This document shows, in pieces, positions 12,540-23,811 of a DNA stretch of 64,000 nt. Position 1 is the first letter of the stretch. Each line of letters starts with the position of its first letter. The notes under the pieces were generated by a model, which did not search any database, was not told the DNA's origin, and saw only the letters and a program-made list of their open reading frames with translations. Both the position numbers and the translations under genes were made by a program. Source of the stretch: an uncultured Chloroflexia bacterium (lineage in GTDB: Bacteria > Chloroflexota > Limnocylindria > Limnocylindrales > CSP1-4). The stretch is taken from assembly GCA_963763775.1 (NCBI GenBank), contig CAVXPZ010000001.1, positions 416,001-480,000 on the forward strand, written 5' to 3'.

Positions 12540-13313
12540 ATGACCGTCATCGTCCCGACCCTCCGCCACGAGCGCCGACTCTGGAACGCGGGACTCGTCC
12601 GGGTCGTGGGCTGCGACGAGGTCGGGGTCGCCCCGACCTGCGGGGCGGTCGTCGCCGCCGCGGTGATCATGAAGCCCGGCTGCCACCGCATCCCCGGGGT
12701 CCGCGACTCGAAGACGCTTTCGGCGGCCCAGCGCGAGCGGCTCGCGCCGCTGATCCGGGCGCGGGCCGTGGCGATCGGGGTCGGCGCGGCGTCGGTCCGC
12801 GAGATCGACCAGCTGAACATCTATCACGCGACCCATCTCGCCATGCGCCGGGCCATCGCCCGGGTCGGCGGCCACGAGCACGTCCTCGTCGACGGCAACC
12901 GGATCGCCGGCTTCGAGCACCAGGTGGGTCCGTACACGAACATCGTGGACGGCGACGCGAAGGTCTACTCGATCGCGTGCGCGTCCGTCGTCGCCAAGGT
13001 CGTCCGCGACCGGATGATGGAGAAGCTCGCGCGCCGCTACCCCGGCTACGGCTGGGAGCGGAACCAGGGCTACGCGACCCAGGAGCATCGGGACGCGATC
13101 CGGGCGCTGGGCCTCACGCCGTTCCACCGGCGCTCGTTCCTCGCGCTGCAGCGGACCCTCGCCGGGGACCAGCTCGAGCTCGACCTGCTCGCCGATCCGT
13201 CCGCCTCCCCCGAGACGCACGAACGGCTCGAGCGCGAGCTCGTCCCGGTCATGGCCGACGACGCGGCGTTCGACGCCCTGGACCTCGCCGCCCTCGAGGT
13301 GGCCGCCCCGTAA
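12540..13313 (+). CDS. rnhB: Ribonuclease HII (atypical motif I)
   Basis: GCDEVG, DSKTL, VLVDGN, GDAKVYSIACASVVAKVVRD, NQGY..H; rplS-rnhB-yraN synteny. Confidence 0.92.
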   Translation: MTVIVPTLRHERRLWNAGLVRVVGCDEVGVAPTCGAVVAAAVIMKPGCHRIPGVRDSKTLSAAQRERLAPLIRARAVAIGVGAASVREIDQLNIYHATHLAMRRAIARVGGHEHVLVDGNRIAGFEHQVGPYTNIVDGDAKVYSIACASVVAKVVRDRMMEKLARRYPGYGWERNQGYATQEHRDAIRALGLTPFHRRSFLALQRTLAGDQLELDLLADPSASPETHERLERELVPVMADDAAFDALDLAALEVAAP

Positions 13314-13350
13314 GTGGTCGGTGGCTGCGCGATGAGTCGCGACCGCGACC

Positions 13351-13779
13351 ATGCGGGACGTGCGTGACGACGGACATCGGCCGCGGACCCGCGCCCAGGC
13401 GGCCGGAGACGACGCCGAGGCGCTGGTCGCCGCCCGGCTCGTGGGGCAGGGCTGGACGATCCTGGCGCGGAACGTGCGCGTCGGCCGTCACGAGATCGAC
13501 ATCGTGGCCATCGACCCGGGACCGCCCGGCGCGCTGGTGGTCGTGGAGGTGCGCTGGCGCGCTGACCGCTCGTTCGGACTGCCCGAGGAGACCGTCGACC
13601 ACGCGAAGCGGGCGCGAGTCCGGTCCGCGGCGTACGGGCTGCTCGACCGCGGCGTCCTCCCGAACGGTCGCGATCTCCCGCACCTGCCGCTCCGGTTCGA
13701 TCTCGTCGTGGTCGAGCCACCGACCCGCGCCTCGGGAACCACTGAGGTCCGCGTCCGGCACCACCGCGCCGCGTTCTGA
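13351..13779 (+). CDS. yraN: YraN family (UPF0102) nuclease-fold protein
   Basis: GDDAE, ILARNVR..RHEIDIVA, VVVEVR, PEETVDHAKR, RFDLV. Confidence 0.9.
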   Translation: MRDVRDDGHRPRTRAQAAGDDAEALVAARLVGQGWTILARNVRVGRHEIDIVAIDPGPPGALVVVEVRWRADRSFGLPEETVDHAKRARVRSAAYGLLDRGVLPNGRDLPHLPLRFDLVVVEPPTRASGTTEVRVRHHRAAF

Positions 13780-13814
13780 GTGCGCCCTCCCTGACAGGCC
13801 AGGACGGGACCCTG

Positions 13815-13823
13815 TGCTACACT
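13815..13823 (+). promoter_or_regulatory. Extended -10 promoter (TGCTACACT) for rpsB-tsf
   Basis: TGn-TACACT ~200 nt upstream of rpsB. Confidence 0.7.
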
Positions 13824-13904
13824 CCCGCCCGGTCCGGGGCCCGTGATGGGACCCGAGCCGCCAGATGATCCGCCCGCGTCGAGCCGAGGTTCGGCCCGAC
13901 ACGG

Positions 13905-14021
13905 AGCCCACACGTGGGCCCATCCCGTCCGGGGTGGTGCCGGCGCCGATCGCCACGCGCGACGAGCCGGTCCCCGGCGACGAGGCTCGCGGAGGAACGA
14001 ACCGACAGGAGGTCGTCAACC
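13905..14021 (+). ncRNA. rpsB (S2) leader, t44-like autoregulatory element
   Basis: CACAC...GGTGCC...GGAGG..AACC motif order upstream of the rpsB SD (AGGAGG), as recalled for t44/rpsB leaders; boundaries approximate. Confidence 0.55.
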
Positions 14022-14999
14022 GTGCCGTCCGTTTCGATGCGGCAGCTGCTCGAGGCCGGAGTCCACTTCGGCCACCAGACACGCCGCTGGAACCCCAAGA
14101 TGCGCCCGTTCATCTTCGCGGAGCGCAACGGGATCCACATCATCGATCTCGCCCAGACCGTCCAGCGCCTCGACGTGGCGCTCGAGGCCGTCCGCGACAC
14201 CGTCGCCCGCGGTGAGCTCGTGCTCTTCGTCGGCACCAAGAAGCAGGCCCAGGAGCCCGTCGCCCAGGAGGCGACGCGCGCCGGGATGCCGTATGTCAAC
14301 AAGCGCTGGCTCGGCGGCATGCTCACGAACTTCGTGACCATCAAGAAGCGCATGGGCCTGCTCGAGCAGCTCGAGGCGCGCCAGGCGGCCGGCGACTTCG
14401 AGCGGATGACCAAGAAGGAAGCCGCGAAGCTCACCGAGGAGATGGTCAAGCTCCAGGGCACGCTCGGTGGCATGCGCAAGATGAAGCGCGTCCCCGGCGC
14501 CATCTTCATCGTCGACCCGCATCGCGAGCGCATCGCCGTGACCGAGGCGAACAAGCTCGAGATCCCGGTCATCGGCACGGGCGACACGAATGTCGACCCG
14601 GACGAGCTCGATTTCATCATCCCGGCCAACGACGACGCCATCCGGTCGATCCGGCTGCTGTGCGCGCTGGTCGCCGACGCCGCCATCGAGGGCGCTCGCG
14701 AGCGGTCCGTTCGCGCCGCGGCCGAGCCCGAGGTCGTCGAGTCGGTCGCGATGCCCGAGACCGAGGACGAGGAGCCGGGCGCGTCCGACGAACTCGTCGC
14801 GGCGCTTGCCGGCGGCGCGGCCCTGACCTTCGAGCCCGACATGGACGAGGAGGACGAGCTGCTCCCGGGTGACCGGTCGGCCCGCGCCGATGCGGCCCCC
14901 GTCGAGGCTCCGGCCGAGGCGACGCCCGAGGAGATCGCCGCCGAGCTGGCGCGCGAGGCGGCCGAGAAGGCCGAGGACGAGGCCGCGACGCCGGCCTGA
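14022..14999 (+). CDS. rpsB: 30S ribosomal protein S2 with acidic C-terminal extension
   Basis: [39 protein letters not shown]. Confidence 0.98.
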   Translation: MPSVSMRQLLEAGVHFGHQTRRWNPKMRPFIFAERNGIHIIDLAQTVQRLDVALEAVRDTVARGELVLFVGTKKQAQEPVAQEATRAGMPYVNKRWLGGMLTNFVTIKKRMGLLEQLEARQAAGDFERMTKKEAAKLTEEMVKLQGTLGGMRKMKRVPGAIFIVDPHRERIAVTEANKLEIPVIGTGDTNVDPDELDFIIPANDDAIRSIRLLCALVADAAIEGARERSVRAAAEPEVVESVAMPETEDEEPGASDELVAALAGGAALTFEPDMDEEDELLPGDRSARADAAPVEAPAEATPEEIAAELAREAAEKAEDEAATPA

Positions 15000-15098
15000 C
15001 CTGGGCCGCGCGTCCGGACCGGATCCGGGCACACATCACCCATACCCACACCCGGCGGCCGCGGTGGCGCGCCGACATCACAGGAGCGACGAACACCC

Positions 15099-15694
<596 letters not shown>

Positions 15695-15698
<4 letters not shown>

Positions 15699-16477
15699 GC
15701 GAGACCGGACCCGCGACGCCGGGAGCGACCGACGGGTCGCTCCGGTACCGCCGGATCCTGCTCAAGCTGTCCGGTGAGGCGCTGCTCGGGGACCGCGCGT
15801 ACGGCGTCGACCCGGCGGTCTGTGCGTTCATCGCGCACCAGGTCGCCGAGATCCACGGCCTCGGGGTCCAGATCGGCATCGTCGTCGGCGGGGGCAACAT
15901 CTTCCGGGGCCTTGCGGCGTCCGCGCGGGGGATGGACCGCGCGACGGGCGACTACATCGGCATGCTCGCGACGGTCATGAACGGCCTGGCCCTCCAGGAC
16001 GCGCTCGAGCGGGCCGGCGTCCCGACGCGGGTCATGACCGCCATCGCGATGAACGAGGTCGCCGAGCCGTACATCCGGCGTCGCGCCATCCGGCACCTCG
16101 AGAAGGGGCGGGTCGCGCTCTTCGTCGCGGGCACGGGCAACCCTTACTTCACCACGGACACCGCCGCGGCCCTGCGCGCGGTCGAGATCAACGCCGAGGT
16201 CCTCCTCAAGGCGACCAAGGTCGACGGCGTCTACGACAAGGACCCGATGGCGCACCCGGACGCCGAGCGCTACGCGCAGCTCGAGTACGCGGATCTCCTC
16301 CGCGACCAGCTCAAGGTGCTCGATGCGACCGCCGTGAGCCTGTGCATGGAGAACGACCTCCCCATCGTCGTCTTCGACCTCAACCAGCCCGACAACATCA
16401 CGCGGGTGGCCGCCGGCGAGCCGGTGGGGACCCTGATCTCGGGCGCCACGCCCGCCACCGGAGGGGTGCGCGCATGA
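15695..16477 (+). CDS. pyrH: UMP kinase
   Basis: [34 protein letters not shown]; GTGA overlap with tsf. Confidence 0.97.
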
Positions 16478-17031
16478 GCAGCCAGTCCATCCCCGAGGCC
16501 GACCAGAAGATGGGGCGCGCGGTCGAGGCCATGGAGCGCGACTTCCAGGGCATCCGGACCGGTCGCGCCTCGACCGCCCTGGTCGAGCGGATCCACGTCG
16601 AGTACTACGGCACGTCGACGCCGCTCAACCAGCTCGCCGGGATCAGCGTCCCGGAGCCGCACCAGATCGTCATCCAGCCATGGGACCGCGGCGTGCTCGG
16701 GGCGATCGAGAAGGCCATCACCAAGAGCGATATCGGGCTCATGCCCAATGTCGACGGGACCGTCGTCCGGCTCAACATCCCGCCGCTCACCGAGGAGCGT
16801 CGCAAGGACCTCGTCCGAGTCGTCCACAAGCGGATGGAGGAGGCCCGCGTCGAGATCCGCAACCTCCGACGGGATGCGGCCGACGAGCTGAAGAAGGAAG
16901 AGCGCGACGGCGGCGTCGGCGCCGACGAGTCCCATCGCCAGCTCGAGATCCTGCAGAAGACCACCGATCGGCACATCGCCGACGTCGACCGACTCGGCGC
17001 CGCCAAGGAACAGGAGATCCTGGAGGTCTAG
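16474..17031 (+). CDS. frr: Ribosome recycling factor
   Basis: [27 protein letters not shown]. Confidence 0.97.
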   Translation: MSSQSIPEADQKMGRAVEAMERDFQGIRTGRASTALVERIHVEYYGTSTPLNQLAGISVPEPHQIVIQPWDRGVLGAIEKAITKSDIGLMPNVDGTVVRLNIPPLTEERRKDLVRVVHKRMEEARVEIRNLRRDAADELKKEERDGGVGADESHRQLEILQKTTDRHIADVDRLGAAKEQEILEV

Positions 17032-17786
17032 TGGCTCGCGCACCGCTCGCCCGACCCGCGGAGGACGCCCCGAACGACGCCGGTCCGTTCGACGTCGCGC
17101 CCGAGGACCTGCCGCGCCACGTCGCGATCATCATGGACGGCAATCGCCGCTGGGCGCGCGAGGCCGGCAAGTCCGAGGCCGAGGGTCACGCCGCCGGCGT
17201 CGAGGCGATCCGACCGATCATCCGCCACGCCGTCCGGCGCGGGGTCGCGGCGCTCTCGCTGTTCGCGTTCAGCAGCGAGAACTGGTCACGCTCACCGGAG
17301 GAGGTCGGCGTCCTCCTGGGCCTCCTCGACTCGGCCATCCGCGACGAGACGCCCGAGCTCCAGGCCCAGGGCGTCCGCATCCGGCTGCTCGGCCGACTCG
17401 AGGAATTGCCGTCCGACACCCGCGAGTCGATCACCGAGGCCATCGGCGCGACCGCCGACGGCGACCGCCTGATGCTCAACGTCGCGTTCAACTACTCGGG
17501 TCGCCACGAGATCGTGGACGCGGCCCGGCGCTGCGTCCGCGACGGTCTGACCGCCGACGAGATCGACGAGGACGCGATCGACGCCCGTCTCTACACCGTC
17601 GGCCTGCCGCCCCTCGACCTGCTCATCCGGACCGGCCGCGAATACCGGATCAGCAACTTCCTCATCTGGCAGGCGCAGTACGCCGAGCTGTACTTCACGG
17701 ACCTGCTGTGGCCGGACTTCGACCAGGCTGCCTTCGATGAGGCGCTCGTGGAGTTCGCGCGCCGCCATCGCCGGTTCGGGCGCTGA
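17031..17786 (+). CDS. uppS: Undecaprenyl/isoprenyl diphosphate synthase
   Basis: HVAIIMDGNRRWA, FSSENWSR, DLLIRTG..RISNFLIWQ, RRFG. Confidence 0.96.
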   Translation: MARAPLARPAEDAPNDAGPFDVAPEDLPRHVAIIMDGNRRWAREAGKSEAEGHAAGVEAIRPIIRHAVRRGVAALSLFAFSSENWSRSPEEVGVLLGLLDSAIRDETPELQAQGVRIRLLGRLEELPSDTRESITEAIGATADGDRLMLNVAFNYSGRHEIVDAARRCVRDGLTADEIDEDAIDARLYTVGLPPLDLLIRTGREYRISNFLIWQAQYAELYFTDLLWPDFDQAAFDEALVEFARRHRRFGR

Positions 17787-17799
17787 CGGGGCCGCGAGC

Positions 17800-18627
17800 A
17801 TGCGTCAGCGAGCCATCAGCGCGGCCGTCCTCGTCCCGGTCCTGCTCGTCGTGCTGTGGATCGGCGGCATCGTCCTGGCCGCCGCCATCGCGATCGTGAC
17901 CGCGCTCGCCGCGGTCGAGGTGTTCCGGCTCCTGCGGACCGCCGGGTACGCCACGTTGGCGGCCCTCGGGACCGCGTTGGCGCTCGCCGTCGTCTTCGAC
18001 GCGGCCTTTCCCAAGGTCCTCGAGGGCAGCGGGCTGCTCCTCGTCGCCGTGGGCATCGTCCTGATCGCCGTGGCGGCCTTCGGCAAGACGGATCCGCACG
18101 AGGGGCTCGCCACCTGGCAGGCCACGGTCTTCGGCGCGCTCTACGTGTCGCTGCTGTCCTTCGTCCTCCGGCTGGGGCACGCCGCCCCGCCGATCCCCCA
18201 GGGTGCCCCCCTCTACGGTCGCGGGAACGAGACGGCCTGGATCCTGCTCCTGCTGCTGTCCGTGTGGGCCTACGACACCGGGGCCTACCTCGTCGGCAAG
18301 CAGTTCGGCCGGGAGAAGTTCCTGACCCACATCTCGCCGTCGAAGACGTACGCCGGACTCGTGGGCGGGATCGTGGCGACGACCGTCGTCATGGCCATCG
18401 CCCTGTGGGCCGTCGGCCAGTCGCCGCTGCACGCGATCGTGCTCGGGCCGCTGACGGCGCTCGCGGCCCAGGCCGGCGACCTCGCCGAGTCCGTCATCAA
18501 GCGCGCGGCCGGCGTGAAGGACTCGGGCGACCTCATCCCCGGTCACGGCGGGATGCTCGACCGCGTGGACTCCTTCCTCTTCGCCGCGCCGGTCGTGACC
18601 CTGTATGTCGTCGCCATCCTCCGCTGA
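17800..18627 (+). CDS. cdsA: Phosphatidate cytidylyltransferase
   Basis: DTGAY..G, ISPSKT, GDLAESVIKRAAGVKDSG.LIPGHGGMLDRVDS. Confidence 0.96.
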   Translation: MRQRAISAAVLVPVLLVVLWIGGIVLAAAIAIVTALAAVEVFRLLRTAGYATLAALGTALALAVVFDAAFPKVLEGSGLLLVAVGIVLIAVAAFGKTDPHEGLATWQATVFGALYVSLLSFVLRLGHAAPPIPQGAPLYGRGNETAWILLLLLSVWAYDTGAYLVGKQFGREKFLTHISPSKTYAGLVGGIVATTVVMAIALWAVGQSPLHAIVLGPLTALAAQAGDLAESVIKRAAGVKDSGDLIPGHGGMLDRVDSFLFAAPVVTLYVVAILR

Positions 18628-19795
18628 GGAGCATCCGCGCCGCGGGGTGGCGCTGATCGGCTCGGCCGGGTCGATCGGCCGGCAGACCGTCGACGTCCTC
18701 GAGGCGCATGCGGATGCGTTCCGCGTCGTCGCGATCGCCACCGGCACCAACGCCGCCGTGCTCGAGGAGCAGGCCACCAGGCTCCGGCCTTCGGTCGCGC
18801 TGCTGGGTCCGTCGCCCGCGGCCCTGGAGGACCTCGTGACGCGCGACGACGTGGACCTCGTGGTCATCGCGACCGGCGGCGTGGTCAGCCTGCGGCCGGT
18901 CCTCGCCGCCCTGGCCGCCGGCAAGGTCGTGGCGACGGCCAACAAGGAGACCCTGGTCGCGGGCGGCCACCTCGTGATGCCCGAGGCGCGCCGGCTCGCG
19001 GCCGCCGTGGCCGCGGATCGGGGCGACGTCGACCCTTTCGCGAACCCGTTGGCCTGGGTCCGTCCGATCGACTCGGAGCATTCGGCGATCTGGCAGTGCC
19101 TGGTGGGGGAGCGCATGAGCGACGTCGCGGCGCTGGTCCTCACCGCATCCGGCGGGCCGTTCCTCGACGCGACCGAGGCGGAACTCGCCGCGGTGACCCC
19201 GAGTCAGGCCCTCCGACACCCCACCTGGACCATGGGCGCGAAGATCACCATCGATTCGGCGACGCTCGCGAACAAGGGCCTGGAGGTCATCGAAGCCCGC
19301 TGGCTGTACGATGTCGGGGACGACGCCATCGAGGTCGTCATCCATCCCCAGAGTGTCGTGCACTCGGCCGTGCGCTTCCGCGACGGCTCCCTCAAGGCCC
19401 AGTTGGGCACCCCGGACATGCGACTTCCCATCCAGTACGCCCTCACCTACCCGGTCCGCCTCCCGTCGCCTGCCGTGCCCGTCGACCTGATCGGGGCGGC
19501 CAGGCTCGACTTCCGCGCCCCCGACGAGACCCGGTTCCCGGCGCTGCGCATCGCGCGTGAGGCCGGCCGGCTCGGACCGCGGGCCTCGGCGGCACTGATC
19601 GCGGCCGACGACGTCGCGGTCGCGCGGTTCCTCGAGGGGACCCTGCCGTTCACCGGCATCCCGGCCCTGCTGGAGGCCGCCGTGGACCGCTTCGGACGCG
19701 ATGGGGCGCCGGATCCCGACGTCGACGGCCTGGTGGAGCTTGACGCCGCGGTCCACGCAGCCTTCGCGACCGGGCCAGTGGGGATCGGCGCGTGA
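18605..19795 (+). CDS. dxr: 1-deoxy-D-xylulose-5-phosphate reductoisomerase
   Basis: GSAGSIG, ANKETLV, DSEHSA, TASGGPF, HPTWTMGAKITIDSATLANKGLE. Confidence 0.95.
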   Translation: MSSPSSAEEHPRRGVALIGSAGSIGRQTVDVLEAHADAFRVVAIATGTNAAVLEEQATRLRPSVALLGPSPAALEDLVTRDDVDLVVIATGGVVSLRPVLAALAAGKVVATANKETLVAGGHLVMPEARRLAAAVAADRGDVDPFANPLAWVRPIDSEHSAIWQCLVGERMSDVAALVLTASGGPFLDATEAELAAVTPSQALRHPTWTMGAKITIDSATLANKGLEVIEARWLYDVGDDAIEVVIHPQSVVHSAVRFRDGSLKAQLGTPDMRLPIQYALTYPVRLPSPAVPVDLIGAARLDFRAPDETRFPALRIAREAGRLGPRASAALIAADDVAVARFLEGTLPFTGIPALLEAAVDRFGRDGAPDPDVDGLVELDAAVHAAFATGPVGIGA

Positions 19796-20909
19796 CGGGC
19801 TTCTTCCAGTCGGTCATCACGGTCGTCCTGTTCTTCGCGATCCTCGGGATCCTCGTGATCATCCACGAGCTCGGGCACTTCGTGACCGCCCGGCTGGCGC
19901 ACGTCCGCGTGCTCGAGTTCGGCGTCGGCTTCCCGCCGCGCGCCAAGGTGCTGCGCAACAAGGGCGAGACGGTCTACACGCTCAACTGGCTGCCCATCGG
20001 CGGCTTCGTGAAGCTCGAGGGCGAGGACGGCGACGCCGCCGACGACCCGCACTCGTTCTCGGCGCAGCGGTTCGGCGTCAAGCTCTGGATCCTCGTCGCC
20101 GGCGTCCTGATGAACCTCCTGCTCGCGTTCGCGATCTTCACCGCGATCGCCTGGCTCGCGACGCCGTTCGTCGGCGTGACGGTCCCGGCGGTGCAGGCGG
20201 ACTCGCCGGCGTCCCGAGCCGGCCTGGTCGCCGGCGACTCGATCATCGCGGTCGACGGCCAGCGCTACGACTGGTTCGGCGGCACCTCGCCGCTCGACGA
20301 GCTGCGGGAACGAGCCGGACAGACGGTCGTGCTGACGGTCGTCCGGACCGGCGGGGTCCGCGAGGACCTGACGGTCACGCTCCGACCCGCCGACCAGATC
20401 GATGCCGGTCACGGGGCGCTCGGCGTCAGCCGGACCGACGCGGAGCCGTTCCAGACCTACTTCTTCGGCGAGTACACCGGGCACGACCTGTGGACCGCGA
20501 TCCAGATCGGTGCGCGCGAGACGGTCCGTTCGCTGGGCCTGATCCTCGGCGGCCTCGGCGCGCTCGTCTCGTCGATCGCCACGAACCCGACGGCTCCGCC
20601 GCCCGTCTCCGGACCCGTCGGCATCGCGACGCAGATCGGCGATGTCTTCTGGAACGCCGGTCCCGTCATGCTGCTGTATGTCGCCGGGATCCTCTCGGCG
20701 AACCTCGCGCTCGTGAACGTCCTGCCCGTTCCCGCCGCTGGACGGCGGCCGGATGCTGATGATCACGCTCAAACGCATCTTCGGCGCACGCATGAGCCTC
20801 CAGGTGGAGCAGCTGACCTACATGGTCGGGTTCGTGTTCCTGTTCGTGTTCCTGATCTGGATCACCGGGCTTCGACATCATCCGCAGTCTCGGCGGCGCC
20901 GGGTCGTGA
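19792..20909 (+). CDS. rseP: Site-2 (M50) intramembrane zinc protease with PDZ domain (apparent frameshifts ~20730 and ~20870)
   Basis: HELGH, LPIGGFV, AGVLMN, SGPVGI, NVLP..LDGG split across frames. Confidence 0.9.
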
Positions 20910-22143
20910 CCTCGCCCGACCAGGGCCGGCCGCGACGCCACGCGACGGTCAGCGTCGACGTCGGCGGCGTCCTCGTCGGGAGCGCGCATCCCATCGTCGT
21001 CCAGTCGATGACGAATACGGACACCGCCGACGCGGACGCCACGGCGATCCAGGTCGCCCGGCTCGCGCACGCCGGCTCGCAGCTCGTCCGCGTCACGGTG
21101 AACACCGAGGAGGCCGCTGCCGCGGTCCCGGAGATGGTGCGCAAGGTCCGCGGGCTCGGCGTCGACGTGCCGATCATCGGCGACTTCCACTACAACGGGC
21201 ACAAGCTCCTGACCGAGTACCCGGACATGGCCGCGCGCGCTCGCGAAGTACCGGATCAACCCCGGCAACGTCGGCGCCAAGCGCCATGACGAGCATTTCG
21301 CGACGATCGTCAAGGTCGCCATCGACAACGACGTCCCGGTCCGGATCGGCGTCAACTGGGGCTCGCTCGACCAGGCGATCCTGACCGAGCTGATGGACGT
21401 CGAACGCCGCCTCGACGCGGCCGCGCGACGCGCGCGACGTGATGATCGACGCGATGCTCGAGTCCGCGATCCGCTCGGCCGAGCTCGCGGAGGCGACCGG
21501 CCTCCGTCACGACCGGATCATCCTCTCGGCGAAGGTCTCGGGCGTGCGCGACCTCGTCGACACGTACCGGCGCCTGGCCGGCCGCTCGGACCACCCGCTC
21601 CACCTCGGACTGACCGAAGCGGGCATGGGCGACAAGGGCGTGATCGCCTCCACGGCCGGCCTGGCCATCCTGCTCAACGAGGGCATCGGCGACACGATCC
21701 GGGTCTCGCTGACGCCCGAGCCCGGCGCGCCGCGCGAGCGCGAGGTCGAGGTGGCCCAGCAGATCCTGCAATCGATGGGTCTGCGCTCGTTCCTGCCGCA
21801 GGTCAGCGCCTGCCCGGGATGCGGACGCACGACCAGCACGTTCTTCCAGGAGATGGCGCAGCAGATCCAGGCGTATCTCAAGGAACGGATGCCCGAATGG
21901 CGCGAGACTCATCCGGGCGCAGAGGACCTGCGTGTCGCCGTCATGGGCTGCGTGGTCAACGGCCCCGGCGAATCGAAGCACGCCGACATCGGGATCTCGC
22001 TGCCCGGGACCTTCGAGGAGCCGGTGGCACCAGTCTTCATCGACGGGCGACTCGACCGGACGCTCCGCGGCGACGGGCTCGTGGCCGAGTTCATCGACAT
22101 CCTCGAGGCGTACGTGCAGCAGCGGTTCCCCAGCCCGGTCTAG
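20906..22143 (+). CDS. ispG: (E)-4-hydroxy-3-methylbut-2-enyl-diphosphate synthase (apparent frameshifts ~21240 and ~21400-21435)
   Basis: [62 protein letters not shown]. Confidence 0.93.
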
Positions 22144-23321
22144 TCGACGAGGACTCGGACCGCCTTCGGCGAGCGGTATTCGTGACCGCGGAAGACCACG
22201 TCGTGGTCGGGGTCGAGCCGAAGCCGCGGGAAACGCTCCAGCAGGGCACGGATCGCGATCCGAAGCTGGACTCGCGCGAAGTGATGGCCGATGCAGTAGT
22301 GCGGCCCCGTCGCGAAGGCCAGGTGCGCGCGACGCGGCCGGCGGATGTCGAACCGGTCGGCGGTCGGCCCCCAGACCTCGCCATCGCGATTGGCGGAGGC
22401 GACCACGAGGATCGCTCGGGCATCCTCCGGCAGCGTGACGCCGCCGATCCGCGTGCCGGGCGCGACGCCGCGGAGCAGGTTCCCGATCGGTGCCGTCCAG
22501 CGCAGGCCCTCCTCGACGGCGAGCGCGATCAGGTCGGTGTCGGCGACGACGGCCGTGCGCTGAGCCTCGTCGGCCAGCAGGCACGCGGCGATGGTCGCGC
22601 CGCCATGGGCCGGTTCCTGGAGACCGCCGAGGAGCACGAGCTTGAAGGAGGGCATCGCGAAGGCGATCCGGTCCTCGAGCGGCCCGTCGGTGGCGGCGAC
22701 CAGGTGCGAGATGAGGTCGTCGGCGGGGGCGGCGAGACGTTCCGCGAACCGCGGCGCGACGGTGGCCTCGATCTCGCGGCCGATGGTGTCGCAGTGGTCG
22801 GTCTTGGCGGGGTCGTCCTCGTAGTTCGAGACGCCGTCCGCCAGCCCCGCGAACCAACGCACGAGGGTCGCGGCGTCGACGAGGTCGGCGATGCCCATGG
22901 CGTGGGCGAGGGACAGGACCGAGATCGGCTCGAAGTAGTCGGCGACGAGGTTCGCGGACCCCATGTCCGCGAGCGCGTCCAGGCGGTCGGCGCAGAGCCG
23001 CTCCAGCACGTCCGGCAGGAGCGCCTCGACGGCTCGGGGCCGGAGCGTCGGATCGAACGGCCGCCGCCGGCGTTTGGCCGGCTCCCCGTCGGTGGTCATC
23101 ATCGAGACGCCGCCCAGCGCCCGGTCGGTCGGCGAATGCGCGACGTGGGCAGGGAATGCCACGGGATCCGTGCATGCCGCCTCCACATCGGCCCACCGCG
23201 TGACCATCCAGACATCGAGGCACGGCATGTAGGCGACCGGGGCGCGCTCGCGGAGGGCCGCATAGACCGGGTACGGGTCGCGTTCCAGGTCCTCGACCGT
23301 GACGGCCGCGATGTCGATCAC
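22140..23321 (-). CDS. Cytochrome P450, GcoA/CYP255-like
   Basis: Heme loop [18 protein letters not shown] (ExxR), SANRD, I-helix LGGLQEPAH; GTG start overlaps the Rieske gene stop. Confidence 0.93.
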   Translation of the reverse strand: MIDIAAVTVEDLERDPYPVYAALRERAPVAYMPCLDVWMVTRWADVEAACTDPVAFPAHVAHSPTDRALGGVSMMTTDGEPAKRRRRPFDPTLRPRAVEALLPDVLERLCADRLDALADMGSANLVADYFEPISVLSLAHAMGIADLVDAATLVRWFAGLADGVSNYEDDPAKTDHCDTIGREIEATVAPRFAERLAAPADDLISHLVAATDGPLEDRIAFAMPSFKLVLLGGLQEPAHGGATIAACLLADEAQRTAVVADTDLIALAVEEGLRWTAPIGNLLRGVAPGTRIGGVTLPEDARAILVVASANRDGEVWGPTADRFDIRRPRRAHLAFATGPHYCIGHHFARVQLRIAIRALLERFPRLRLDPDHDVVFRGHEYRSPKAVRVLVD

Positions 23322-23632
23322 GGGACGAAGACCTCGAGCACCGAGGCGGTCGTCCGGACCTCGAACGTGGCCACGGGCGTGCGAGCCGGCGGACGGCGGA
23401 CGGCGCCCGTCGCGAGGTCGAACTCCGAGCCGTGGCAGTCGCAGACCATGCGGGCGTCCTCCACGGCGCCGTCTTCGCTGAATGCGCATCCGGCGTGGCT
23501 GCAGCGGTCTTCGAGGGCGTACCACCGGTCGCCCCACGCGACGAGCACGATGGATCGCCCGCCGACCGCGACCGGGATCGGCCGCGGCTCCGCGGTCGGG
23601 AGGGCGGCGACGGCGGTCTCGAACCAGGGCAT
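23318..23632 (-). CDS. Rieske-type [2Fe-2S] ferredoxin
   Basis: CSH...[13 protein letters not shown]; 104 aa. Confidence 0.92.
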   Translation of the reverse strand: MPWFETAVAALPTAEPRPIPVAVGGRSIVLVAWGDRWYALEDRCSHAGCAFSEDGAVEDARMVCDCHGSEFDLATGAVRRPPARTPVATFEVRTTASVLEVFVP

Positions 23633-23683
23633 GCGGGGGTAGGGTAGCGCGGTCGGCCACGCACGATCCGGGGCCGGCCGGCT

Positions 23684-23712
23684 TTGAGCGTCCACCCATC
23701 CGGGTGTATACT
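23684..23712 (+). promoter_or_regulatory. Sigma-70 promoter for the nusA operon
   Basis: TTGAGC-N17-TATACT. Confidence 0.8.
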
Positions 23713-23740
23713 TCCCGTCCAACTGAACGGCCGCTCCGTG

Positions 23741-23767
23741 ACGTGGGTGACCCCCACGTTTCTTTTT
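23741..23767 (+). terminator. Leader intrinsic terminator/attenuator upstream of nusA (rimP-leader-like)
   Basis: ACGTGGG-TGACC-CCCACGT followed by TTCTTTTT, between promoter and nusA start. Confidence 0.8.
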
Positions 23768-23811
23768 GAGCGTCGTGCCCTGAAACGAACAACAGCGAAC
23801 GGAGGCCACTC

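Noticed and set aside
19590-19625. DXR 'NAANE' replaced by 'IAADD'
   Set aside because: Metal and substrate ligands (DSEH, NKGLE, HPTW) are intact; the changed segment is not the catalytic Glu
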